From positions 5,284 through 69,283 of IMG/VR virus record IMGVR_UViG_3300033076_001146: DNA of 64,000 bases. One strand, written 5' to 3'. The first letter of the stretch is position 1. Every line of letters starts with the position of its first letter. Shown here piece by piece: positions 36,269 through 46,407 of this stretch. Under the pieces are notes generated by a model, which saw nothing but the letters and a program-made list of their open reading frames with translations, made no database searches and was not told where the DNA came from. The DNA is from a virus (taxonomy: Duplodnaviria; Caudoviricetes). The position numbers were made by a program, and so were the translations under genes.

Positions 36269-36658
36269 ATGACATCAGAACAGTTAGACCTGATCCAATC
36301 CCACTACAAGCCGCCCTTTACCTACGATCCGCAAGGGCAAATGATTTTCGACAGTCTAAGCCGACTCGTGTTGGACGTGCGCGGCTGGGGCTGGATTCAG
36401 CATTTACACGACTCCGAGGCAATTCAAGACAGCTTTGGCAAATGGGTAGCAGAAGTGCTAACCCGCGAGATAAAGGCAATTTCAATCACACCTACTGCCC
36501 CGCCCTCGGCATCACCGGACGGCCGGCTTTCTTCTGGGCTTCCTTTATCTTCTGATCCTCATAAAACCGCGTCTGACGCAGCGGCGTGCCCATCAGGCCA
36601 TAGCCTGCCGTCTCAAGCGCCGTCATCGGCACCTTCTGGCGACCAAGCTGCATCGTAG
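36269..36658 (+). CDS. Hypothetical protein (3' end overlaps giant gene antisense)
   Basis: YKPPFTYDPQGQMIFD...LDVRGWG motif. Confidence 0.5.
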   Translation: MTSEQLDLIQSHYKPPFTYDPQGQMIFDSLSRLVLDVRGWGWIQHLHDSEAIQDSFGKWVAEVLTREIKAISITPTAPPSASPDGRLSSGLPLSSDPHKTASDAAACPSGHSLPSQAPSSAPSGDQAAS

Positions 36659-39600
36659 GCCGTTTGCCCTGTGCCAGTGCGGCGACCGTCTCGGCGGTCT
36701 TGGTGTACGGTGTCACGGCTTTGGCCGCACGATAGAGCGCATTGTTGCGTTTTTCCGGCGTCTTGGCGTTGTCGTAGTTCTCTTTCTGCGTCCACAGTTC
36801 TGCCATGAGTCCCACAGTCGGGCCACCGATGGCGTTCAGCGCCTTCTCTTTCGGCGTCTTGCCGAAGGGCGCATCCAGCAGCATCATCGAAGACGACAAA
36901 TCCTGCTCCAGCAAGGCCGGCGCACCAAAGTAGACGCCCTCGGCGATCTTGTTGGCGAGGTGTTTGTCTTCGGGCGGGAGTTTGTCTTCAAGGGTTTTGG
37001 CCAGCGTGCCCAGGATGATGATGCCGGGGATCGAGGACAGCGCCGAAATGCTGCGCACGCCACCCACGGCCACCTGTGACACGACCATCTTGGAAATGCG
37101 CGCCAGCTTGCCGGTTTCACTTCCCTGCGGCGCACGTTGGGCATCTGCCCAGATGCGTTCCAGGTTCTTCACCGTGTAGCCTTTGAATTGCAGCAACACG
37201 CGGGCGAGCGGTTCCCGGAACAGCGGCGGAGCCCCAAAGCGGCCATTGTCGAACTCGACCTTGGCGGCCCAATCGGCGGCCATCCGCGCCTTCTCTTGGC
37301 CAGTCAAGCCTAGCTTATCGGCCATCAGCTCCCCGGCCAGATGCCCGACGATGCGGTTGGAGTCCGACACTGTGCCGAACAGTGTCCAGGGGCCGCGCTT
37401 CTCTATCCCTTCGACCTGACCGCCGGATTCTTTCTCGGCAATCTCTTTCAAGCGGGCCCGGATTTCAGGACGGCGCGCATCGGCCATCACTTTGGCGAAT
37501 TCGCGCGTGGTCAGATGCGGCCACAACGTTTGGAAGGGCTGCAACCAGTTCACCGCCGCTGAACGCGGGTTATACGCCAGCACGCGGTAATAGTTGAACT
37601 TGGTCAGGAAGTTGGCGAGGCCTGACCACGGCTCATTGCCCCCACGCACGGCGTCAAGGTGGGCTTCGATGTAGTTGGCCAGTTGCGGCTTCCCTGCCAG
37701 GCGCAATTCCTGTTGATAGGGTTTGACCGTCTTGGCCAGATTGTCGAGCGTGGCGTTGCGCGCCTGCGGATTGCGGGCAAGTTCCACCTGTGCGTCTTTG
37801 AAGGCCTCGCTGATGGCCTTCCCTGCCGCGCCGCCCAGCTTTTCATAGGTGCCGATGTAATTGAGATTGCTGAGCGGCGAGCGCAGCGTGTCGCGCGCAT
37901 CAGCGTCGCGGGTCAGCTTGGCCTGCTCGCGTCCGCTGAAGGTCTGTGCGATTTGCTGCTGTATTTTGCGATACGCGATGCCGTCTTTCGCCTTGCGCGC
38001 CGCTTCAAGCTGCGCCTCGTAGCCTTCAAAGCGCGTAAACAGCGCGTCCGCGTCGAGGTCAATGCCCTGCCTCTCGGCTGCGCTGACGTAGCGGTCCAGC
38101 GTCTTGACCACTTTGTCTAAGTAACGGTCGTGTGCGGCGTCATCCGGCAAGCGACGACGTTCGGCCCAGGCGGACAGTTCGCGATAGGCTTGGGCGATGT
38201 TGAGGCCGGATGAGCGGGTGTCGGGCGTGGATTTCTGCCCCATCACCTCGCGCATTTCTTCTAGCTGTTTCTTTGTTCCTATCTCTTTGCCTGGTTGCGT
38301 GATGTTCTTGGTACGCATTGGCATCAATGCCGCAACTGGCTGTCCGTTTTTCCGAAAGACGAGCACCCCGGTGTTATCTTTACCCGCTTGGGCAATCTCG
38401 TCTGGCGCGTGCGCGTCCATAATCGCACGTAAATAAGCCGCGTCTGCCGCTGTTACTTGATTCTTGGCATCTGTCAAAAAGGCGTAGGGCGTTTTCTGGT
38501 CGCCCATATACATCACGCCTTCAATCTTTAACGGACGCTTGGCCTGTTTATTCCAATCGGCGAAATGCGTCTCTAAATCCTCGTCTGATTTGTATACTTT
38601 GGAATCTTCGTTCTTTTTTAGCATTGCGGGCGGCAACTTTTTCGCACCTTCCGCTCTAATCACGAGATGTCCATCTGTGACGAATTTTTTACCAGTCGCA
38701 ATGTTGCCATTTGTGGCCACATCTGGCTTAACGCTTTCGAATGGCACAATTGCTTGCCGCACAGACGATTCGCCTGCATCTTCCCAAGCAAAATCGCGTG
38801 ACAACGGTGTCTGACGCGGCGCTGTCAGTCCTTTTAGCGGTGCACGTCCTGTCACCTTCGGACGATCAAGCCGGGATTCAAGCGCGCGAGCTTCCTGCGG
38901 TCCTCGCAAAGTAAACCGCCCATCTCCCGGCACCGGGATTGTGACATCGCGCCCTTCGGCCAGCATGGGCTTGGCCTCTTTGATCTTGCCGCGCAAATAC
39001 TGCTCTTGTGTCGGCGTTAATCCGGTTTTGCCAATCTTTTCTTTTTCGGCGGCGTTCTCGACGCGAATCTTTTCGCTTAACTCAGGCTTCAGCATTTGTA
39101 CTTGGCCCGACTCTGCGCGGGCCAATCTCTCTTGCGCCTGTTTCAGTTCTTTCGCGGCTTCATTTGATGTTGGGCTAAATTGACGTGCTTGCTCTGCCAG
39201 TCCCACTTGACGCCGTTTCGCTTCAGTATAGTCGCCTTCCTCAAAGAGCGATTGCCGCAATTCCGCATCCGTGGCACGCGGTTTCGCCACTTCCCCGCGC
39301 GGCGGAGCTTGCTCGGCGACGGGTTGAACCGGGGCATATACATCCCCTTGTCGTCTGTAGCCTTGTGGTAAGCTGTCTTTTAATCTGTAGGTGTCTACCG
39401 CCTCGGCATTGACTGGTTGGCCCTTTCGTGCGGCTTTTAAGACTTCGGCATCATTTGCAGGCCCTAGACCCGCCGCCTTGTATTGCGCAGGCGTCATTAG
39501 ATGTGGCGCGACTTGCTCGGCGACGGGCTGCGGCTGGGCTGGTGCGGCTCCTGCTGGCTTCTCAATCACCACCATCCGCGCATTCACGCCCGTATTCACC

Positions 39601-42600
39601 GGCAAGGACGGATCAAGGAATGAGCCAGGTTCCAGCTTTTCGGATGTCCCGCCGACGCTTTCCAGCCATTCGCGAAACTCGGTGGCCTTCTTATCGCTGC
39701 CAAAGAACGAGCCTTCGCCCATAATCGCGACAAGTCGCCCTTCGGGTTTGAGCAAGTCGTAAGCATGGCGAACGTGTTCGATGTCACGCCGATTGCTAAA
39801 CGGCGGATTCATCACGATGCGGTCATATTGGCCCTGCGTTTCCAGAAAGTCTTGCCCGACAAGATTATGGCCCTTTGCCTCTAACAACTCGCGCCGGTCG
39901 CTCGCCATTTCCACGACGTCAGGATCAACGCCCGCTTCGCGCAACCGGTCGGCAATGTGGCCCATCCCGGCGGACGGCTCCAGCACGGCCATTCCCTCTT
40001 TCACGTCGGCGACTTCAATCATTCGATCAGCCACGCTGGCGGGCGTCGGGAAGAAATCCAACCCGTCATTCTTGCGGCCAATCATCGCCCGCTCCATCTC
40101 TTTGATCTTGTCGGGCGCTTTGGCTTGTTCGCGCAGCCCGATGAATTCACGCAAGGCGGCGCGCAGTTCGGCGGGCGTCTCAATGCCCATCCCGGCCAAT
40201 CGCTTCCGCTTGTCATAGGCAGACTCGAACGTCCACGGCACATCAATTTCGCGCCGTTTGAGCGTCTTCAGCTTGGCGACCAGTTCGTCGCCGATGTCAT
40301 TGCCCAACGTGATGCGCTTGTCGTTGTCGCCTGCCCAGATGCCACGCTCGCGCGCCGCTGACGGACTCAGAATGATGAGGTTTTGCCCGCGCTTGAACGG
40401 CAACACGATGGCTTGGCCCTTAAAGCCACTGCGCGCAATCGCAGCTTCAGCGGTCGCCTTGCTGCCAAAAACAGCGCGTTCACCATCCTTGCGGCTAAAC
40501 GTCGAAACCTTATGCACATTCTCTTTGGCAAACTTCAGATAGGCGTCGGTCACATCATCGGCTTCTTTGAGGATTGCCGCACCGAGCTTCTTTGTGCCTT
40601 CCTGCTCGATCAACTGGCGGCCCAGCTTCGCCAAATCCGAACGGTACGCCGTATAGGTCGGGAACGTCGCGTGATCAGCGGCTTCTTTGGTTGGCGGCTC
40701 GCCGAAGTGTTTTTCCTGTTCGGCGTAGGTCGGATACTTCGAACGCAGGTAATCGCCCTGGCCCGAATGGACGAAACTTTGCAACATCTCGACCTGCACC
40801 TTTTGGCGCACGCGATCCAGGAATTTGGCCTTGCCGGCTTCGATGGCGTCGGCAATGTTGCGCATGGTCTTCGCCATTGCCTTGCTCGCATTGGCGGCAG
40901 ATTCCGCGCTTGCCGCAAAGCGCGCGCGCCGGTCGGTGTTGGCTTTGCGTTCAACCGACAAGGATTCGTCTGCACGCGCGTCCAGCGCGTCGGCCATCTC
41001 GCGTAACCGCTCCACAGCCGTCTGGCTCTTGTCGTCTTGCATCGCATCGCGACGCGCCTGCACTGTCTCTTTGGCCTTATCCACCTTGCCGCCCAGATAT
41101 TCCAAGAATGCCTCGGCGTTCGCGCGCGTCTTGAATTGGAAGCCAGGAACAGCGCCAGCCGCACGATAGGATGAATACCAGCCGCCCAGCCGTTTCGCCG
41201 TCGCGTTCCATTGGTTGTACACGTCGCGCTCGACACGTTCGGCGGCTTTGACCACGAACAGCGGCTCGCCGGTCTTGGTGTGTTTGGTTTCGATTACGTC
41301 GCCGGTCATTGACTGGCTGGCTGCGCGCACTTCGGTGCGTTGCTGGTCAGCACGCGCACGGCGTTCATCGCGTGATTTGGTCGCGGCCAGTTCGTCGTAT
41401 TGCGCCCGCTGTTCCGGCGTCAGCGACATCCGCACCTGTTGAAAGGTGACGCCCTCGCCAATCTCGGCAGCCTTGGCCCGGATCACGCGGTTAAAGTCTT
41501 CGAGCGTCTTCGGGTCTTCCATCCCCTCCAGCGCGGCTTTCTTCTTTTGTTCGCGTTCGGCGGCAGCTTGTTTGACCTTCTCGGCGTATTGGCTCAGTGA
41601 TTCGTCGGTGTGCTTCTCGACAACCGCGCGAATGCCCTTCGTGTAAGAGTCGTCACCCATACCATAGTTGAAGCTTTGGTTCAGGGTGTAATCGCTCTGC
41701 ATTTCACGGAACGCCGCGTCAACAACTTCGGCTTTTGTCTCGTTCTTGTAGCGCCAGCGCAGATCGGGAAACTTCTCAAAAATGCCATCCTTGGTCAGCT
41801 TGGACAATTCCGCCTTGATGGCTTCCTTGTTGGTGGCTAGCGCTTCAAAGGACGCCTTGATTTCAGCGGCAGTGGCTTGGCCCTTCTCAATGCGGTCGAA
41901 GAGGTCGGCGTGTGCTTCGACATTGGTGCGCGCTCTCTCGACAGATTGCGCGGAGGCTTCCGCGACAGGCTTCGACTTTGCCTCATACTCAGCATCGCGC
42001 CGCGCTTCTTCTGCCCATTCCTGCGGCGTCAGATCGCGCACAACGCGATATTTGCCCGGCTCGCTCGGATGTTCTTGCGCTCGCCACTGCGGCCCCATCT
42101 TCTTGGCGCGAATCTCAGCGGAGCGCTTGCTGATCATGTCACCGCCGCGCGTTCGATCAACAATGACTTTCTCTTTCCTTGCTGGCGTTTGCGCAGGGTT
42201 CACACGGGGCGCACTGGCAACGCTTCCCTCCCCTTTTGGCTGAGCAGGCTGGGTGGCTTTGGACGGTGAGGATTGTGAGGATTCTCCTTGCAGTTTGATT
42301 TCAGTTTGAACACCGTTCTTACTGCTAAACAGCAAGCGATCAAGGGTAACTTCTTGGCCTTCTAAATCAGTCAAACCAGCATATTTCTTGCCCGTACCTG
42401 GCTTGACATAAGCGATTGTCGCGTGTGGTTTGTAATCAGGATGCGTGTCCGTGTGCGGCATTGCATCCGCAATCTTCTTGTTTAAGCGCTGCAAATCAGG
42501 CGAGTCAACATCCACTTTCACCACATCGGCATCTTCATTTTCAAACAGTGAGGTCTTACCGAGACGCACGCGTACTGGCGGTTCACCTGCTAGAATCTGT

Positions 42601-45600
42601 TGAATCTTGGCGGGGTCTTCATCGTGCAATCCATACTTTACGGTGATGTGTGACTCTGTTTCGCGTCCGTCTTCGGTCAAATCGGCATCGGGAATTTTCT
42701 CGCCCAAAGCTCGCATTTTTTCTGCTACCGCATCAGGCAAGTTGACTTGCGTGCTGGAGAATTTGCCCTGCTTGCCTTTTACGATGCTGACGCCCGTTTT
42801 ATTTTCAGGATTGGCTACAACAAAACGCCCGTCGGCTGTTTCGGCAATTATTGGCTTGCCTGAAATGGCCGGATTATCATGACGTACTTTTTGCTGTCCT
42901 GGCTGCGACACTTCCTCCGCCCGCACCTCGCCCGCCCTGCGCAGCGTGTTGCCCTCTTCGACAATGCGGCCCTGCTGTTTCAGTGCTTCGAGTGCGGGAT
43001 TGATGCGGCCACGGGTCAGCCCGCTTTCACGGATGAGGCTGTCGCGGGTGATGGTGCCGGTGTCGGGAATGAGTCCGTGGATGAAATCGGCATCGGGGTT
43101 GGATTTATTACTCGCGGCATTATCCTGAACCCTTTGCTGCTCGCGACTGACGCCTTTGGCAGTATCTGTTCGAGGATTGCCTGACTGGTCTGCTCCTGAT
43201 TGCGTCCGGCGAACATCCGGCGCAACGCGGTTCCCTGTCGAGCGTGCATCCGGTTGCACGCTGCCTGCACTTTGTTCTGGTCTTTCGGTATCCGACGCTT
43301 GAATGCTCTCATTGATCGCCTTTGCCCTTTCGATGTCCTGCGTATTTTGAATGGTCTGCTGATACCGCCGCCTGTCTTCGGCTCCCAATCGGGAAGCATT
43401 GCGGCGCATCCACGCATCCCACGCCCATTGCGGCACCTGTGTCAAAGATACCTCATCGGCATTGACTTTCATCATGCGCGCAAAGGTATTTTTGAAGGCT
43501 TGGCGTGTTTCGCCTGCGCTCGCGTCGGCATCCAGCCCCAATGCCCCTTTGACATTTGGCGACTCATAAAACGAAGTGATCCCCTTCTCGCCATCGGGCA
43601 CGGTGCTTCTGAATACCTGCTGCGCAAAACGGCCAAACGGGCCTTTCCCTTCGGTGCCGGTGGCGCGCGCCTCTTCGACCACACGCCCCTGGCGCACCAG
43701 ATTGCGTTGCTCGCGCGGGAAGACTGCAGACTTGTCGGACGGGCCAGCCGTGCGCAACGGACGGCGCGGGGCTGTTGGCGCGGGCGGACGGCGACGGAAC
43801 GGCAAGACGTCGGCGGATTGCGGTTGCGGTTCTGGCGCAGGCTTTGCGCCATATTCCCCAACTTCCGGCACGCGGTAATAATCCCGCACTTCCCCGCCTT
43901 CATATTCGCTGAACTGGCGGCGCGGCATCCGTTCGACATTCGACGGTCGCACGTTCGGGCGCATCGGCTGTGCTGGTGGCACACCACGACGAACCGCCGC
44001 TAAGGGTTGCTGCGGGATTTCTTCGACGGGCGGGGTTTGGGTTTCGGCGGCGGCGGAAGTTTCTTGCCCAAGAGGTTGCCTTTCAATGACGGGTTGACGT
44101 GGTTGCTGTGGCGGACGTTGGCCGTGTGGCGGTCGCGCCGCTCTTTGCCGGTCGGCAATTTCAGCCTGAATACCCTGCGCTTCGGTGCGTGTGATGCCCA
44201 GCCGGTCGCGGATTTCTGTCAATTGCGGCAGGCGCCCACGCTGCACGAATTCCTGAATGATCGCATCGGCATCCGTGGCGCGCGTGCTGATGTTTGCCTC
44301 AAAGCCAGTTTCCGGCGGCGCGGAGCGCGGTTCAAAAACCGGCGCATTGTCGGCGCTCGTCGGCATCTGCTGCGGGCTGGTGACGGGACGGGCAACCGGT
44401 TGCTGCATCCGGCGCTCGCTGGCCTGCTCAATCTCGCGCTTGGCTTTGGCACTGGCCGCGCTCGCGTTGATCTGCTTCGGATCGTATTCAATCAGATGCT
44501 CGACATCGCCCACCTTAACGACCGATTGCCGATAACCTGGCGTTGGGTCGTTGTTCCATTCGCTCTGATCAAGCACGACAAACGGCGCTTGCTTGCCTGT
44601 GCGTCCGGTCGGACTGGCGGGCTGTCCGTCAGTGGCGGGAGCTTCCGTGCGTGCGGCGCGTAACCCAGCAATGCGCGAAGTCGGCGCGACTGGCACAGTC
44701 GCGGGCTGTGTTGCATCCAAATTCGGCGAAATTTCTGGCGCGGCGATTTTGGATGACGGCGGGGCTTGCGCGCGCCGGGCGGCCCGGTCGGCCAATCCCT
44801 GTTGCGCGGCGTCGCTAATCCCAAACGCAGCACCGACGGCGGCGTCTTCTGCCAGCTTGTTCGGATCAATCTTGCCGGTCAGTAACGGCTGCGTCACCAA
44901 CGATTGCCCGACGTTGCCGGCTGCGCCAACACCCATTTCACCAGCGGTGCGCGCCAAGGTGCGCGGAATCGGGCGCATGGCCTGTGTGGCATTGTTGAGC
45001 ATCGGACGCGCGGCCCGCGTCAGCGCCATCGGCACGGCAGTGCTCGCCATATTGACGGCAGTGTCCAACGGTCGCTCAATGTCGCCCATTGCAGCCTGTG
45101 TGCCCAGCGCGGCGGGCAATCCGCCAACTGCGCCCAATGCCACGGCGGGCAAAGCATCGCCCACGGCACGGGTCACATTTCCGGCTGTCGTTTGCCGGGT
45201 GGCTGCGTCCGCCGCTTCCTGTGCGGCAACCTGCTGCAACTGATCGTAATTCAGCGCGTTCGGGTCGGTCAGATATTTGCGCGCGGCTTCTTCATAGGCT
45301 TTGCGCGCATTCGCTTTGACGGCTTCGGCATTGGCGTAAGAAAACCGCCCCAACTGCTGTTGGATGGCTTCCCGCGCGGCAGGATTCGACGTTGTGCCAG
45401 GTTCTTGCAGGTAATTTGCGACGTTGCCCGCGACATCCTGAATCCCTGTCACTAATCCGCCCGCCAACTGCGCGCCGGTCGCCGTCAACGGCGTCACGTC
45501 GCCCCGCACCAACCCTTGCCCGATGGTTTCAACACGCTGGCCGGTTTGCGCCAGTCCGGTCATCAGGCGTCCGGGGACGCGTTTGGCTTCTTCGTAAATC

Positions 45601-46403
45601 TGGCTCGTAACAGGTTTTTGCGCGAATTCTTCCGCCGCCTTGCGCTTGGCTTGGAGTTCTGGCGTTTCCGGCAACACTTGCTCGCGCTGCGCCATTCCCT
45701 GCTGCAACGTCTCAAAAGGCGACGTGCGCAGGCCTTGAATCTGCTTCGTCAGCGGACGGCGAACGTCCACACTCGGCATTGCGCTGATGCGCGGTCCCAT
45801 TGGTCTGGCAGGTTGTTGCGGCGCTTGCACAGGCCGCTTGGACGGCTGCGGCAGCATTTCGTTGGGAATGTCTGGCCCATACGCGCCCGGGTTTTGCTGG
45901 CTGGGGCGTGGCGTGTTGGATTTCCAGGCTTCGGCGCGCGGTTGCGCCTGTTGCTTCCATTGTTCAAACCGTCCGGCTGGCTGCGCAGTCTCGGCGGGAC
46001 CACCCACCACGTCGGCATAGTGCTGGGTTTCCGGGATATTGGGCACACCGCCAGCCTTCCGCACGCGACCGGGCCCAGCATTGTACGCCGCGGCGGCCAA
46101 GCGCCGGTCCCCGCCAAACTGGTCAAGCATCTGCTTGCTGTAGCGCACCCCACCTACGATGTTCTGATCCACGTCGTATGGGTCAACGCCTAAATCGCGC
46201 GCCGTGCCCGGCATCAACTGCATGGCACCGATCGCGCCCGCCTTGGACTTCTTGTGCCCAAGGATGACGTCCGGGTCGCCGCCAGTTTCCTGCTTGTGCT
46301 GGCGCGCGGCGTAATCTTCTGGCACGCCTTGATTGCGCGCCTCTTCACGGACACGCCGGTCAGCATACCCTGTCACCCAATTGCGGAAGCGTCCTTGCGG
46401 CAT
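36492..46403 (-). CDS. Giant polyvalent ejection-type virion protein: SLT, 2H phosphoesterase (Acb1-like), N6-adenine methyltransferase, LPD38-like C-terminus
   Basis: QETGG/GAMQLMP/AYNAGPG (about 46010-46350); HITVKY and PHATIAY (42310-42770); FFPTP/LEPSAG/NPPF (39558-40060). Confidence 0.85.
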   Translation of the reverse strand: MPQGRFRNWVTGYADRRVREEARNQGVPEDYAARQHKQETGGDPDVILGHKKSKAGAIGAMQLMPGTARDLGVDPYDVDQNIVGGVRYSKQMLDQFGGDRRLAAAAYNAGPGRVRKAGGVPNIPETQHYADVVGGPAETAQPAGRFEQWKQQAQPRAEAWKSNTPRPSQQNPGAYGPDIPNEMLPQPSKRPVQAPQQPARPMGPRISAMPSVDVRRPLTKQIQGLRTSPFETLQQGMAQREQVLPETPELQAKRKAAEEFAQKPVTSQIYEEAKRVPGRLMTGLAQTGQRVETIGQGLVRGDVTPLTATGAQLAGGLVTGIQDVAGNVANYLQEPGTTSNPAAREAIQQQLGRFSYANAEAVKANARKAYEEAARKYLTDPNALNYDQLQQVAAQEAADAATRQTTAGNVTRAVGDALPAVALGAVGGLPAALGTQAAMGDIERPLDTAVNMASTAVPMALTRAARPMLNNATQAMRPIPRTLARTAGEMGVGAAGNVGQSLVTQPLLTGKIDPNKLAEDAAVGAAFGISDAAQQGLADRAARRAQAPPSSKIAAPEISPNLDATQPATVPVAPTSRIAGLRAARTEAPATDGQPASPTGRTGKQAPFVVLDQSEWNNDPTPGYRQSVVKVGDVEHLIEYDPKQINASAASAKAKREIEQASERRMQQPVARPVTSPQQMPTSADNAPVFEPRSAPPETGFEANISTRATDADAIIQEFVQRGRLPQLTEIRDRLGITRTEAQGIQAEIADRQRAARPPHGQRPPQQPRQPVIERQPLGQETSAAAETQTPPVEEIPQQPLAAVRRGVPPAQPMRPNVRPSNVERMPRRQFSEYEGGEVRDYYRVPEVGEYGAKPAPEPQPQSADVLPFRRRPPAPTAPRRPLRTAGPSDKSAVFPREQRNLVRQGRVVEEARATGTEGKGPFGRFAQQVFRSTVPDGEKGITSFYESPNVKGALGLDADASAGETRQAFKNTFARMMKVNADEVSLTQVPQWAWDAWMRRNASRLGAEDRRRYQQTIQNTQDIERAKAINESIQASDTERPEQSAGSVQPDARSTGNRVAPDVRRTQSGADQSGNPRTDTAKGVSREQQRVQDNAASNKSNPDADFIHGLIPDTGTITRDSLIRESGLTRGRINPALEALKQQGRIVEEGNTLRRAGEVRAEEVSQPGQQKVRHDNPAISGKPIIAETADGRFVVANPENKTGVSIVKGKQGKFSSTQVNLPDAVAEKMRALGEKIPDADLTEDGRETESHITVKYGLHDEDPAKIQQILAGEPPVRVRLGKTSLFENEDADVVKVDVDSPDLQRLNKKIADAMPHTDTHPDYKPHATIAYVKPGTGKKYAGLTDLEGQEVTLDRLLFSSKNGVQTEIKLQGESSQSSPSKATQPAQPKGEGSVASAPRVNPAQTPARKEKVIVDRTRGGDMISKRSAEIRAKKMGPQWRAQEHPSEPGKYRVVRDLTPQEWAEEARRDAEYEAKSKPVAEASAQSVERARTNVEAHADLFDRIEKGQATAAEIKASFEALATNKEAIKAELSKLTKDGIFEKFPDLRWRYKNETKAEVVDAAFREMQSDYTLNQSFNYGMGDDSYTKGIRAVVEKHTDESLSQYAEKVKQAAAEREQKKKAALEGMEDPKTLEDFNRVIRAKAAEIGEGVTFQQVRMSLTPEQRAQYDELAATKSRDERRARADQQRTEVRAASQSMTGDVIETKHTKTGEPLFVVKAAERVERDVYNQWNATAKRLGGWYSSYRAAGAVPGFQFKTRANAEAFLEYLGGKVDKAKETVQARRDAMQDDKSQTAVERLREMADALDARADESLSVERKANTDRRARFAASAESAANASKAMAKTMRNIADAIEAGKAKFLDRVRQKVQVEMLQSFVHSGQGDYLRSKYPTYAEQEKHFGEPPTKEAADHATFPTYTAYRSDLAKLGRQLIEQEGTKKLGAAILKEADDVTDAYLKFAKENVHKVSTFSRKDGERAVFGSKATAEAAIARSGFKGQAIVLPFKRGQNLIILSPSAARERGIWAGDNDKRITLGNDIGDELVAKLKTLKRREIDVPWTFESAYDKRKRLAGMGIETPAELRAALREFIGLREQAKAPDKIKEMERAMIGRKNDGLDFFPTPASVADRMIEVADVKEGMAVLEPSAGMGHIADRLREAGVDPDVVEMASDRRELLEAKGHNLVGQDFLETQGQYDRIVMNPPFSNRRDIEHVRHAYDLLKPEGRLVAIMGEGSFFGSDKKATEFREWLESVGGTSEKLEPGSFLDPSLPVNTGVNARMVVIEKPAGAAPAQPQPVAEQVAPHLMTPAQYKAAGLGPANDAEVLKAARKGQPVNAEAVDTYRLKDSLPQGYRRQGDVYAPVQPVAEQAPPRGEVAKPRATDAELRQSLFEEGDYTEAKRRQVGLAEQARQFSPTSNEAAKELKQAQERLARAESGQVQMLKPELSEKIRVENAAEKEKIGKTGLTPTQEQYLRGKIKEAKPMLAEGRDVTIPVPGDGRFTLRGPQEARALESRLDRPKVTGRAPLKGLTAPRQTPLSRDFAWEDAGESSVRQAIVPFESVKPDVATNGNIATGKKFVTDGHLVIRAEGAKKLPPAMLKKNEDSKVYKSDEDLETHFADWNKQAKRPLKIEGVMYMGDQKTPYAFLTDAKNQVTAADAAYLRAIMDAHAPDEIAQAGKDNTGVLVFRKNGQPVAALMPMRTKNITQPGKEIGTKKQLEEMREVMGQKSTPDTRSSGLNIAQAYRELSAWAERRRLPDDAAHDRYLDKVVKTLDRYVSAAERQGIDLDADALFTRFEGYEAQLEAARKAKDGIAYRKIQQQIAQTFSGREQAKLTRDADARDTLRSPLSNLNYIGTYEKLGGAAGKAISEAFKDAQVELARNPQARNATLDNLAKTVKPYQQELRLAGKPQLANYIEAHLDAVRGGNEPWSGLANFLTKFNYYRVLAYNPRSAAVNWLQPFQTLWPHLTTREFAKVMADARRPEIRARLKEIAEKESGGQVEGIEKRGPWTLFGTVSDSNRIVGHLAGELMADKLGLTGQEKARMAADWAAKVEFDNGRFGAPPLFREPLARVLLQFKGYTVKNLERIWADAQRAPQGSETGKLARISKMVVSQVAVGGVRSISALSSIPGIIILGTLAKTLEDKLPPEDKHLANKIAEGVYFGAPALLEQDLSSSMMLLDAPFGKTPKEKALNAIGGPTVGLMAELWTQKENYDNAKTPEKRNNALYRAAKAVTPYTKTAETVAALAQGKRPTMQLGRQKVPMTALETAGYGLMGTPLRQTRFYEDQKIKEAQKKAGRPVMPRAGQ

Positions 46404-46407
46404 AGTT

